A stretch of DNA of 17,187 bases from Terriglobia bacterium. Lineage in GTDB: Bacteria > Acidobacteriota > Terriglobia > Bryobacterales > JACQDG01. This document shows, one piece after another, positions 1 through 7,629 of the stretch; the stretch's first letter is position 1; every line of letters begins with the position of its first letter. The stretch lies in NCBI GenBank assembly GCA_041477815.1, contig JBGOUV010000108.1, positions 1 to 17,187 of the forward strand, in the 5' to 3' direction. Position numbers and translations under genes: made by a program. Below the pieces are notes generated by a model that worked only from the letters and a program-made list of their open reading frames with translations, was not told where the DNA came from and did not search any database.

Positions 1-236
1 CCGGGCGAGTTGGGCATCGGTGTCCATGCCCACAGTAATAACACATTAAGGTGGTAGATGTAAATGTTATTTATTTACGCTGCCTAATGCAAGATCTTGT
101 AGAAGCTGGCACCCTAAGCGACAAGTCCGCATTAATAAGGCAGATCAGCGAAGAGGATCAAGACAGAGTCTTCAGGAATCGAGGTAGCCAATGGCTGGAT
201 ATGCAGACGCGCAACTAGCCAAGCGATCCAAAGCGC

Positions 237-806
237 GTGAAATCGCTGCTTGAGATAGCAGACGGTGCAGGTGGGTTTCGCCAATTGGCTGGTGGCTCGT
301 ACGGAATCCATCTGAAGGCCGTCGTGGAGGCTTTCAAGGATGCCGCCCGTCTGGAGTTATTGGGTCCAGTGTATGTGATGAGGGAAGAGGGGCGGGTTCG
401 GGAGGTGCCAAAGATGGCCTTCAGAATTGAGATCACAGATGAGTTCAGGCTCGACGGCCTCGCAACCGAAATCTATCGCGACCTGATTCGATACGGACTG
501 TTTATGCGCGATGCACGCGGAAAGAGCGTCCGCGGCGCGATGGTGCCGCGGTTATACCTCCGTCGACTTTTGTTGCCTTATTGCGTGCTTGCCCTGTCGA
601 AGCGCGACAGCGTCATGATGTCCTGCAAGTGGTTCTGCGATCTTTTGTTGCATCCGGACACCTTTATGGACGCTTGGCGGAAGCACAGGCGGCCTGTGCT
701 CGCAGTGAGCCCCGAACAAGAGGAGTTGAACTTTGTGGAGGGTGATCAACAGCACGTAGAAGTCGGGTTTGATCCGGCTTACGACGACCTTCATGACGAG
801 GACTGA
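237..806 (+). CDS. Hypothetical protein (gene A of a two-gene cassette), with no recognisable domain and an acidic C-terminal tail (DPAYDDLHDED). The start is ambiguous. The ORF opens with GTG at 237 and no SD. An in-frame ATG at 414 (MAFRIEITDEF...) follows a strong GGGAGG SD at 7-nt spacing and would give a ~130-aa product.
   Basis: Open frame of 189 codons in a lower-GC (~55%) stretch. The stop is 17 nt before the ATG of the next + strand ORF, so co-transcription is likely. The SD/ATG at 414 was read directly. Confidence 0.45.
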   Translation: MKSLLEIADGAGGFRQLAGGSYGIHLKAVVEAFKDAARLELLGPVYVMREEGRVREVPKMAFRIEITDEFRLDGLATEIYRDLIRYGLFMRDARGKSVRGAMVPRLYLRRLLLPYCVLALSKRDSVMMSCKWFCDLLLHPDTFMDAWRKHRRPVLAVSPEQEELNFVEGDQQHVEVGFDPAYDDLHDED

Positions 807-823
807 CGCATTGGAGCAGCGCA

Positions 824-1927
824 ATGTTGAATAAGAGACTGGAAGACGCAGTCGACCTACCACGAGTCGTGCGCAGCCCCGAAAGGTTGGTGGTTGATGA
901 CACCGCCATCATAGCTGCGGTGGGGTTCGAAGAACGAACAATGGCCCTGGCGGCTATGCTTGGCCAGGTAGATTGTGTCCTTGGTCTGCTGGTCTATAAG
1001 GATTGGGACAAAGACAATCGAGTGGACAACCTCCTAGAGGCATATGCCGCGATCGGCATTGCGCCAACCGCCAGGAAGCCCCTCGACTACGACCGTTTCA
1101 ATCCCGATGGGTTCGGCGATACTCTGAAGGATTGGTTGAAAGAGACCGGTCGCCAGCGGGTTCTAGTGGACATCTCCACGATGTCACGGCTTGCCGTAAT
1201 GGTCGTGCTCGATGTCTGTCGGGAGTTGGAAAAGGACGTCACGATCTTCTATGCTGAGGCCGCTGAGTACGGTCCGTCTCAAGAAGAATATGAACGTGCG
1301 AAGGCTGGAGTCTACCCAAGACCGAGCATTCAGGTTTACAGTGGCGTGGGAGGCGTTGTCCGGTCCCGACGTCTGTCCAGCGTCGCCCTTCAGGGAGAAC
1401 CGATAGCTGTTATAGCGTTCATGTCAATGAATGAGGTGTTGACTCAGGCGCTAATAAACTGCATCTCTCCGAGCCGCCTATTTCTTGTCAACGGGCGCCC
1501 GCCGCTCCACTTCTGGCGAGAGCAAGCGACGGCTTGGATCCATGACGAACTGCGACGGGAATGGCCAGAGAGAGACAATCCGTGCGCCGCAACGAAGGAG
1601 GGGCTGGCCTTGCCGGAGCGCGTCACATCTACGCTAGACTACACCGAAACAGTCAGCGTGCTGCTTGATTTATATTGGACCAGTGCTGCTGAGTACCGGG
1701 TTGTTCTGGCGCCTACGGGCAGCAAGATGCAGAGCGTGGGTTGTTTCATTGCAAAAGGAATCCACACCGACATTCACGTCGAATATCCGACCCCCGAGAG
1801 CTTTTTACCCACGTACAGCAAGGGCATCGGGGGCCGCTGGATAGTTGATTTCGGCGTGCTCGATGCACTACTGAGAGGCTTACGGACCAAGATCATAGCG
1901 GAGCGCTTGATGGTACTGCGGACATGA
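824..1927 (+). CDS. Hypothetical 367-aa protein built from two tandem Rossmann-like modules. Each module resembles a CARF/SAVED-type sensor domain. Module 1 carries VLVDISTMSRLAV and module 2 carries VVLAPTGSKMQSVGCFIAKG. The second compares to the CARF signature D-x-T-G-G-T-K-x-M-S.
   Basis: ATG at 824 after a weak GGAG. The halves align at residues ~24-180 and ~190-345, each with a hydrophobic beta-strand (AIIAAVGFEERT / IAVIAFMSMNEV) followed by a [ST]-x-[GM]-S-[KR] loop. GC is atypical compared with the flanking core genes. The domain assignment is inferred from recalled motifs and was not searched. Confidence 0.6.
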   Translation: MLNKRLEDAVDLPRVVRSPERLVVDDTAIIAAVGFEERTMALAAMLGQVDCVLGLLVYKDWDKDNRVDNLLEAYAAIGIAPTARKPLDYDRFNPDGFGDTLKDWLKETGRQRVLVDISTMSRLAVMVVLDVCRELEKDVTIFYAEAAEYGPSQEEYERAKAGVYPRPSIQVYSGVGGVVRSRRLSSVALQGEPIAVIAFMSMNEVLTQALINCISPSRLFLVNGRPPLHFWREQATAWIHDELRREWPERDNPCAATKEGLALPERVTSTLDYTETVSVLLDLYWTSAAEYRVVLAPTGSKMQSVGCFIAKGIHTDIHVEYPTPESFLPTYSKGIGGRWIVDFGVLDALLRGLRTKIIAERLMVLRT

Positions 1928-2141
1928 AATATTGGGAGGATGGGAGTGGAGCCGTTGCCATTCCTGTTCAACCGAGCCCCGAAGGCCACTTGGTCGCGCA
2001 GTCGGCGTAACTGGCCGTGCCCGGCACCTTTGATCCCTGGCCATAACAGCCTTTCTCACCACCCTCGACGAAAGGCAGTTCAGGTCCACGCAGGCGGGTA
2101 CCAACCCCGCCTAGCCCGTGGCAAGAGTGCCTTGGGAGTCA

Positions 2142-2163
2142 CGTGGTGCAAATTTGCACCACG
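2142..2163. promoter_or_regulatory. Perfect 22-nt palindrome cgtggtgcaaatttgcaccacg. It could be a protein-binding site or a stem-loop in the convergent gap between the 367-aa gene and csrA.
   Basis: Read directly from the sequence. The arms are fully self-complementary and the core is GCAAATTTGC. Confidence 0.45.
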
Positions 2164-2186
2164 GCAAGTTGTTGATTCTGCGGGGT

Positions 2187-2216
2187 CCGGCAAATTTGCC
2201 AGGTCTTTATTTCTGC
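2187..2216 (+). terminator. Second GCAAATTTGC palindrome (ccggcaaatttgccagg) followed by the T-rich tract tctttatttct. It is a candidate intrinsic terminator for the + strand cassette and shares its core with the upstream palindrome.
   Basis: ggcaaatttgcc is a perfect 12-nt palindrome. A T-rich run follows immediately on the + strand. Its centre lies 42 bp from the centre of the first palindrome. Confidence 0.3.
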
Positions 2217-2248
2217 CACGGGCTGCTGGGACAGGCCAGAGGCCTTTC

Positions 2249-2482
2249 CTACAAATGCAACGCCTTGCGCAAGGCCGCCGCCGCCGCCCGGACCTGGGGA
2301 GCCTTCGGGTCTCCGACCACGGATCTCCGATTCAATTGGGAGATTTCCGTCCGATAGATCCCCACCTCGCGGGGAGCGTTCACTCCAATCTTGACCTGGT
2401 TGCGGCCGATTTCCAGGATCCGGACCTCGACCGAATCGCCGATCGTAAAGGACTCCCCCTCGTTGCGCCGGAACACCAGCAT
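2249..2482 (-). CDS. csrA: Carbon storage regulator CsrA (77 aa)
   Basis: The product MLVFRRNEGESFTIGDSVEVRILEIGRNQVKIGVNAPREVGIYRTEI matches the CsrA consensus, including GxxVxIGVxAP.EV.I.R.EI. The ATG at 2482 overlaps the fliW stop as ATGA. The tool's longer ORF (to 2629) has an Arg-rich N-extension with no homology and is taken to be non-coding. Confidence 0.85.
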   Translation of the reverse strand: MLVFRRNEGESFTIGDSVEVRILEIGRNQVKIGVNAPREVGIYRTEISQLNRRSVVGDPKAPQVRAAAAALRKALHL

Positions 2483-2895
2483 CAGAACACTTCCGCGGCG
2501 GTCGAGTACGAGCTGTCGGCTTGAATGACCTGCTTGGCGATCCACGTTTCGATGTTGACGATGATCGGCGCCAGCAGGTTGGCGGTGGCCGGTTGGGCGC
2601 CGTTGCCCAGGTTGAGGACCACCAGGCACAGAGCGTTGCCTCCCAGAGCCGGGTCCGAGGCGAAGCGCAGGAGCTTCCGATCCTCTTCGCCCACCTGGAT
2701 CTGGTAGTCCGGTCGAATGCTCCGCACCGACATCACCGGCAGGCAGATCTTGGGCTCTCCGAGCGAGGTCAGAAACACCATGGGGAGCAGCTCCTCATCC
2801 TGCAGCAGGACGAATTGATTCAGACCCTCGAATCCGGGAAGCCCTTCCGGAAAATCGAGCACTCCTCGGGGCAGCGGTTCCGCCTCTCTCATCAC
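2482..2895 (-). CDS. fliW: Flagellar assembly factor FliW (CsrA antagonist), 137 aa
   Basis: FPEGLPGFEGLNQFVLLQDEE matches the FliW signature (F..GipGFE.l..F.L...e). Size and position immediately upstream of csrA fit the conserved fliW-csrA pair. Tandem ATG codons at 2895 and 2892 follow AGGTG. Confidence 0.8.
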   Translation of the reverse strand: MMREAEPLPRGVLDFPEGLPGFEGLNQFVLLQDEELLPMVFLTSLGEPKICLPVMSVRSIRPDYQIQVGEEDRKLLRFASDPALGGNALCLVVLNLGNGAQPATANLLAPIIVNIETWIAKQVIQADSSYSTAAEVF

Positions 2896-2915
2896 CTATG
2901 GTATCGGCAGGGCGG

Positions 2916-4406
2916 TCAAGGGGATACAGGGTGGCGAAGGAACTCCAGGACTTCGATGACATGGGTAGGCGGGTCCCCGGGGCCGACCAGGCTCATTACG
3001 GCGCGGTCCAGGGTAGAGTACGGCACGAAGAGATGACGCTCCACCCGGTAGTCCCGGGTCAGGCGCCCGACCAGGTCCGGCAGGCCCGTCCCATAGCGGG
3101 TGTGGTGGACGTACCAGACCCGCGGGGGCCGATCGTGGCCGATTCGATCGAGGGCCTCCTCCCGGGCGGTATCGTCCGCCACGATCCTGACGTAGGGGAT
3201 ATTAGGCCCATGCACCGAATAGCCGGCGCTGGTCGAGAAGCGATCTACCAGGATATAGGCCGTGTCGCTCCCGGTATGCTCGTGAACCGTGCGGCTGATG
3301 GCCTCGAAGTTCACCAGGTAACCCTTGTTCAGGAAATCCTGTTTGCGGTAGTAGCTGCCGGCGCCGGCGGCCGCAACCAGGAGCAACCCGGCATAGGTAA
3401 GGGCCCCTAGGGGGCGGCGGATCTCCACGCCTCGCAGCAGGAACAGGTAGTAGAAAGGCAGTAGAAACAGGAGACGCGCCCCCACGAAGGCAAAGCTGAC
3501 CCAACTGGCGGCGATGAAGTATCCGACCGCGGCCAGCAGCAGAAATAACACGGGGGGATGAAGGCATTGGCGCCACGCGTTCCCGAGCGCCGCCCCGATG
3601 GCCGGCAGCAGGAGCAAGGCCACCACGGCCGCCCAGAGCGGGAGGGTCTCACCGAACTGGAACGCCACGAACGCATAGCCCAGCTTGAAGACGTTCTCCA
3701 CGGCCCAGTTACCGGCCACGCGGTAGGGATTCGTCGCCGCTACCAGGCCGGCGGTCTGGACCAGGGTGGCGATCCAGGGCAGGTAACCGAGGGTAATCCA
3801 CCCGAGGGTTCCCAGACTGCGCCACCGGTGGCGCCAGAGGGCCAGCGCCGTGGCGCTCGCCACCACCGCCAGACCCGGCAGATAGTGCGTGTAGAGCAGA
3901 ACCGTGGCCGCGGCGACGTAGCCGATCTGGAAGCGTCGCTTGCCGGGGTCGCGCAGCCAGTCCTGGGCCATCCGGATCGCCACCACCGCCACCAACAACT
4001 GCAGCGTGTAGGAGCGGGCCATGCGAGCGTACAGCAGCAGGCAGGGCGAGGTCACCCAGAGGATCAGGAACAGGGCCCGCCGTTCCCAGCGCAGATGTCG
4101 CAGCCAGAGGCGGTCGAACAGGACCGTGGCCGCCAGGGCCAGCAGCACCGACAGCGCCCGCGCGCGGAGCAGCCGGTTGCCCGGGAGCGGCAGCTTCCAC
4201 CACGCGCTGGTAAGGAAGTAGTAGAGCGGCGGATGCACATCCATTTGCACGGCGCGGACCATTTGCGCCGGCGGCCGGCCGGCCGTGTGCAGGGTAAAGC
4301 GCTCGTCGTCCCACAGCTGCAGCAGGTCCAGGCGGGGGGCTAGCAGCAGCGTCTGCGCGGCCAGGGCCAGCCAGAGAAGATGTCGTCTGATGAGATCCAT
4401 CCCCAT
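2916..4406 (-). CDS. Glycosyltransferase family 39 / ArnT-PMT-like membrane glycosyltransferase (496 aa) with a C-terminal soluble domain
   Basis: Multi-pass hydrophobic N-terminal ~320 aa carrying the DE...HPPLYYFL motif set typical of PMT/ArnT-type transferases (WDDERF...VHPPLYYFLTSAW). The stop is 20 nt upstream of fliW on the same strand. Confidence 0.75.
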   Translation of the reverse strand: MGMDLIRRHLLWLALAAQTLLLAPRLDLLQLWDDERFTLHTAGRPPAQMVRAVQMDVHPPLYYFLTSAWWKLPLPGNRLLRARALSVLLALAATVLFDRLWLRHLRWERRALFLILWVTSPCLLLYARMARSYTLQLLVAVVAIRMAQDWLRDPGKRRFQIGYVAAATVLLYTHYLPGLAVVASATALALWRHRWRSLGTLGWITLGYLPWIATLVQTAGLVAATNPYRVAGNWAVENVFKLGYAFVAFQFGETLPLWAAVVALLLLPAIGAALGNAWRQCLHPPVLFLLLAAVGYFIAASWVSFAFVGARLLFLLPFYYLFLLRGVEIRRPLGALTYAGLLLVAAAGAGSYYRKQDFLNKGYLVNFEAISRTVHEHTGSDTAYILVDRFSTSAGYSVHGPNIPYVRIVADDTAREEALDRIGHDRPPRVWYVHHTRYGTGLPDLVGRLTRDYRVERHLFVPYSTLDRAVMSLVGPGDPPTHVIEVLEFLRHPVSP

Positions 4407-4669
4407 GCGAACGAAGGGTGCTGTGCGGTTTTCTGGGCCTGGCCGCTGCCGCGTTCGGGGCGGAAGGCGTCGAACGGGGGCGAGTGGCCATTATCGCCCA
4501 TCGCGGGGCCCCCAACACGGCGCCCGAGCCTTCGTCGATCGACTCCCCCGGCAGGATACCGAGGCGCGCTGCCGGGAGGCGGTGGAGTGGGGCGCGCCGA
4601 AGGCATCCAGACCGGCTATCCCGACAAGGGGGCGCCGGCGCCGAGGACCACCGAACCGCCACCGCGCCC

Positions 4670-5873
4670 CTACGGTGACGGCTCGGCGCCGGCATTCTGC
4701 CGGCTCAACCGCGCCTCCAGCAGCAGGATCGCCAGCAGCAGGTAGACAATCGCCACGCCCCACGCGGGCACCCATACCGCCCACTCGATCCCCCACAGAT
4801 GCGCCAGCAGGCCCACCGACCAGGGCGCCAGCATTCCCCCGATCAGGGATAGCGAAAAGAAACCGTTGTAGAACCCCGGATGATAGTAGGGAAACTTTTC
4901 CCCCACGATGCCGATGATCAGCGGATAGAGCGCCCCTAATCCGCCGCCCAGGCAGATGGTTCCCACGGCCGCCCCTCCCTTGCCGGCCGCCTCCAGCAGC
5001 ACGACGCACCCGAACAGCGCCAGCCCTGTCCCTGCCGAGGCCAGACGAATCGGACGCCCCAGTCCGGGCGCCCGCGGCCCCAGCAGCTTCCCCAGCGTGA
5101 GGGCGGTCCAGTAGAGCACCAGCCCGAACAGGGCCCACTCCCGGTTCACGCCCAGCTTACGAATCCAGTACATCGCGATCCATCCGCCCGCCGCCCACTC
5201 CGAGCCGGACTCGAAGAACAGAGCCAAGGTCAGCAGCACCGCTACCGGCGACCGCGTGGTTCCCGGGGCCAGTCGCAGCGGCATGGCCTGCAGGGCCGGC
5301 TCGCCCAGCGCCCCCTGCCGCCAATACAGCACCGCCAGCAGCACCGGCAGTACCGCCGCCACCCTTAAAATGGTCGGCCGCGCATGGAACCATAACAGCA
5401 ACGTGTACGAAACCGCTCCGCAACCGAAGAAAGCCACCGCCAGACTCAGGATGGTCGACGCCATCGGCGCCGTCAGAGCGTCGAACATCAGCCAGGAAAC
5501 CCCGGAGGTGAGCATGCCGGTGGCAAATCCGAGCACCAGCAGCGGCAGCAGGAGCCAAAGCGGAGAAAAGATCCCGGTCACCGTCAGCAGGCTAGCCGCC
5601 GTCAGCCCGCACGCCATCACCAGGATCCCCCGCAGCCCCAGCTTCCCCAACATCCGCCGCGACACCATCGCCGCCGCAAAAATGCCCAGGTTGAACGCCA
5701 GAAAATAGTTTCCCGCCGTGGCCATGTCGAAGTGAAAGTAGTTCATCCATACCGGCAGCGACGCCCCCAACAGAGCCATCAGCGCGCCCAGCAGAAAGAA
5801 CCCTCCCATCGCCGACCGCACCAGTGCCGGCCTCGGCCCGGGCCGAGACAGGAAGATATTTCCGGATTCCATG
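4670..5873 (-). CDS. MFS transporter (~400 aa, 12 predicted TM). The start is set at the ATG at 5873 (MESGNIFLS) with an AGGAAAG SD. The longer ORF to 5956 adds an Arg-rich, non-protein-like extension.
   Basis: Continuous hydrophobic helices with the G-rich motifs of MFS proteins. The SD and ATG were read directly. The stop is TAG at 4670-4672. Confidence 0.75.
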
Positions 5874-5976
5874 CGCTTTCCTGATTCTACCGCCCGAGAT
5901 CGCAAGCCTCTCGCCACCAGCGCAATAGCTCGGTGTCGATCTCCGGCGGCGTTCATGGTACCTTACCTTCTGCGCC

Positions 5977-6948
5977 ATGACCCGCCGCGTCCTGTTGCTG
6001 TTCCCCTGGGTGGCCTTCGGGCAGTCGCCCTCCGTGGTCTCGGTCCAGAAGATCTGGGACCAGGGGCCCCACAACGCCTTCACCGACCTGCTCCGCTTCC
6101 GCGACGAGTGGTTCTGCGCGTTCCGCGAATCGGAGGCCCACGTCGGGGGCAACGGCGGCCTGCGGGTCCTGGTGTCCGCGGACGGCGACCACTGGAAGTC
6201 CGCCGCCCTCGTTACCGAGCCCGGCGTCGATTTGCGCGACCCCAAGCTCTCCATCACCCCCGACGGCCGCTTGATGATCGTAGCCGGCGGCTCTATTTAC
6301 GTCGGGCCCGCCGGAAGCCTGTCCTACCAGGGCCGCCAATCGCGGGTCGCGTTCTCGCGCGATGGCCGCCGCTGGACCTCCCCCCGGAAGATCCTGGCCC
6401 CCGGCGACTGGCTCTGGCGCGTCACCTGGCACCAACACCGCGCCTACGGCGTGTCCTACCTGGACACGAGCACGGCACCCCGCTCCGGCGCCCTCTACAC
6501 CTCCCGAGACGGCCTGCACTATACCCGCGTAGCCGACCTCGAGGTCCCCGGCGTGTCCGAGGTCACCATTCGCTTCCTCCCGGACCACACCATGGTCGCT
6601 CTGGCCCGCCGCGAGATCGATCCCCGCCACGGCTGGATCGGCACGAGCCCTCCCCCCTATACGCAGTGGACCTGGACCGAGATCCCCCACCGCCTGGGCG
6701 GCCCCAATTTCCTCGTCTTGCCGGACGGCTCCCTGCTTGCCGCCGGCCGCTCGCATGCGCCCCCCGGCCCCACCACCGTGGTGGCCCGCATGACTACCAA
6801 GTCCTACGAGCCGGTCCTCACCCTGCCCTCCGGAGGCGATACCTCTTACCCCGGCCTGGTCTTCCGCGACGGCCTGCTCTGGATGAGCTATTACTCCTCG
6901 CACGAGGGCAAGGCTTCGATCTATCTGGCCAAGATCCGCCTGCCTTGA
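5977..6948 (+). CDS. Secreted BNR/Asp-box repeat protein, sialidase-like glycoside hydrolase (323 aa)
   Basis: N-terminal signal peptide MTRRVLLLFPWVAFGQ. There are at least three Asp-box S-x-D-x-x-x-[WY] repeats (SADGDHWK, SRDGRRWT, SRDGLHYT). It is divergent from the MFS gene and shares a ~100-nt promoter region with it. Confidence 0.7.
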   Translation: MTRRVLLLFPWVAFGQSPSVVSVQKIWDQGPHNAFTDLLRFRDEWFCAFRESEAHVGGNGGLRVLVSADGDHWKSAALVTEPGVDLRDPKLSITPDGRLMIVAGGSIYVGPAGSLSYQGRQSRVAFSRDGRRWTSPRKILAPGDWLWRVTWHQHRAYGVSYLDTSTAPRSGALYTSRDGLHYTRVADLEVPGVSEVTIRFLPDHTMVALARREIDPRHGWIGTSPPPYTQWTWTEIPHRLGGPNFLVLPDGSLLAAGRSHAPPGPTTVVARMTTKSYEPVLTLPSGGDTSYPGLVFRDGLLWMSYYSSHEGKASIYLAKIRLP

Positions 6949-6997
6949 CCAATCTGACCTCCCGCGCTACGCTGGAATTGGAAGCGAGGAGGGAGTC

Positions 6998-7276
6998 TTG
7001 CCAACCGCCGTTGACATCGGAACCCTGATCACGCGGACTCGCGACGTGCGCGGGGGACGGCCGCGGATCGCCGGGACCGGCGTCACCGTAAGACGGATCG
7101 TCACCTGGTACAAGCAAGGACTGACCCCGGAACAAATCGCCGATGAAGTAGAACTATCGTTAGCGCAAGTACACGCCGCTTTAGCCTATTACCACGCCAA
7201 CCGCGACGAGATCGAGGCCGACCTGGCGGAAGAAGAGGCGGAAGTCAAGCGCTTGCTGAGCCGCCCCGAGCTTTGA
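6998..7276 (+). CDS. DUF433 family protein, the antitoxin-like partner of DUF5615 (92 aa), with a TTG start after GAGGAGGGA
   Basis: GGRPRIAGTGVTVRRIV...GLTPEQIADEV.LSLAQVHAALAYY matches the DUF433 consensus (G.P.I.GTRI.V..I....G.s.eeI...yp.Lt...i.aALaYA). A strong SD sits 4 nt before the TTG. Confidence 0.8.
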   Translation: MPTAVDIGTLITRTRDVRGGRPRIAGTGVTVRRIVTWYKQGLTPEQIADEVELSLAQVHAALAYYHANRDEIEADLAEEEAEVKRLLSRPEL

Positions 7277-7629
7277 GCTACATCCGACTCTACATCGACG
7301 AGGACTCTATGAGCCGTGCGCTCGTCCGAGTTCTGCGGGCTCGCAATGTGGACGTGATCACCGCTCGGGAGGCCGGGATGGTGGAGCGCCGAGACGAGGA
7401 GCACCTGGAGGCCGCCACCGCCGGAGGTCGGGTCTTACTCAGCTCGAATGTGGCCGATTTCTACAGAATCCACACCGCATGGCTGCAAGCAGGCAGATCC
7501 CACGCGGGCCTGATCCTGGCGCCTCAGCAACGATACTCGGTGGGCGAAAAGGCGCGCCAACTCTTGAAAGTGCTGGCCGAGAAGTCTGCCGAGGAGATCG
7601 TGGATCAGGCGTGGTTTCTCAGCCCCTGA
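7273..7629 (+). CDS. DUF5615 family protein (PIN-like, toxin-like partner of DUF433), 118 aa. The TTG start overlaps the DUF433 stop (TTGA).
   Basis: IRLYIDEDS...LRARNVDVITAREAG....DEEHLEAATAGGRVLLSSNVADF fits the DUF5615 pattern (LlDEnl....l..L...G.dv........g..D.e.l..A...gRvlvT.D.DF). The 4-nt overlap with the upstream gene is typical of TA pairs. Confidence 0.8.
   Translation: MSYIRLYIDEDSMSRALVRVLRARNVDVITAREAGMVERRDEEHLEAATAGGRVLLSSNVADFYRIHTAWLQAGRSHAGLILAPQQRYSVGEKARQLLKVLAEKSAEEIVDQAWFLSP

Noticed and set aside
1-60. Checked whether the first 60 nt could be the 3' end of a tRNA gene (an island integration site)
   Set aside because: There is no T-psi-C-like GGTTCGAATCC motif or CCA end. 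Only a generic 6-bp hairpin is present.
1929-1950. GGA-rich run GGGAGGATGGGAGTGGAG immediately after the cassette stop, considered as a CsrA-binding sRNA or leader element
   Set aside because: It is a single short cluster with no repeated hairpin-loop GGA architecture like CsrB/RsmZ, and it is not in a 5' UTR. It is noted only as context under the palindrome finding.
1940-2524. 194-aa + strand ORF beginning right after a GGGAGG run and running antisense through csrA
   Set aside because: The translation is Arg/Pro/Ser-rich and protein-unlike. It fully overlaps the well-supported csrA on the opposite strand. The SD abuts the ATG with zero spacing. It is a typical spurious high-GC open frame.
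4418-4678. The short ORF in the GT39 upstream region contains VAIIAHRGAPNTAPE, reminiscent of the glycerophosphodiester phosphodiesterase N-terminal motif (IIAHRG...PENT)
   Set aside because: The similarity does not persist beyond ~15 residues in any frame. Attempts to continue it through a frameshift give the wrong motif spacing. It is most likely a chance match in a promoter region. It might be worth a TBLASTN, but it is not supportable as a pseudogene.
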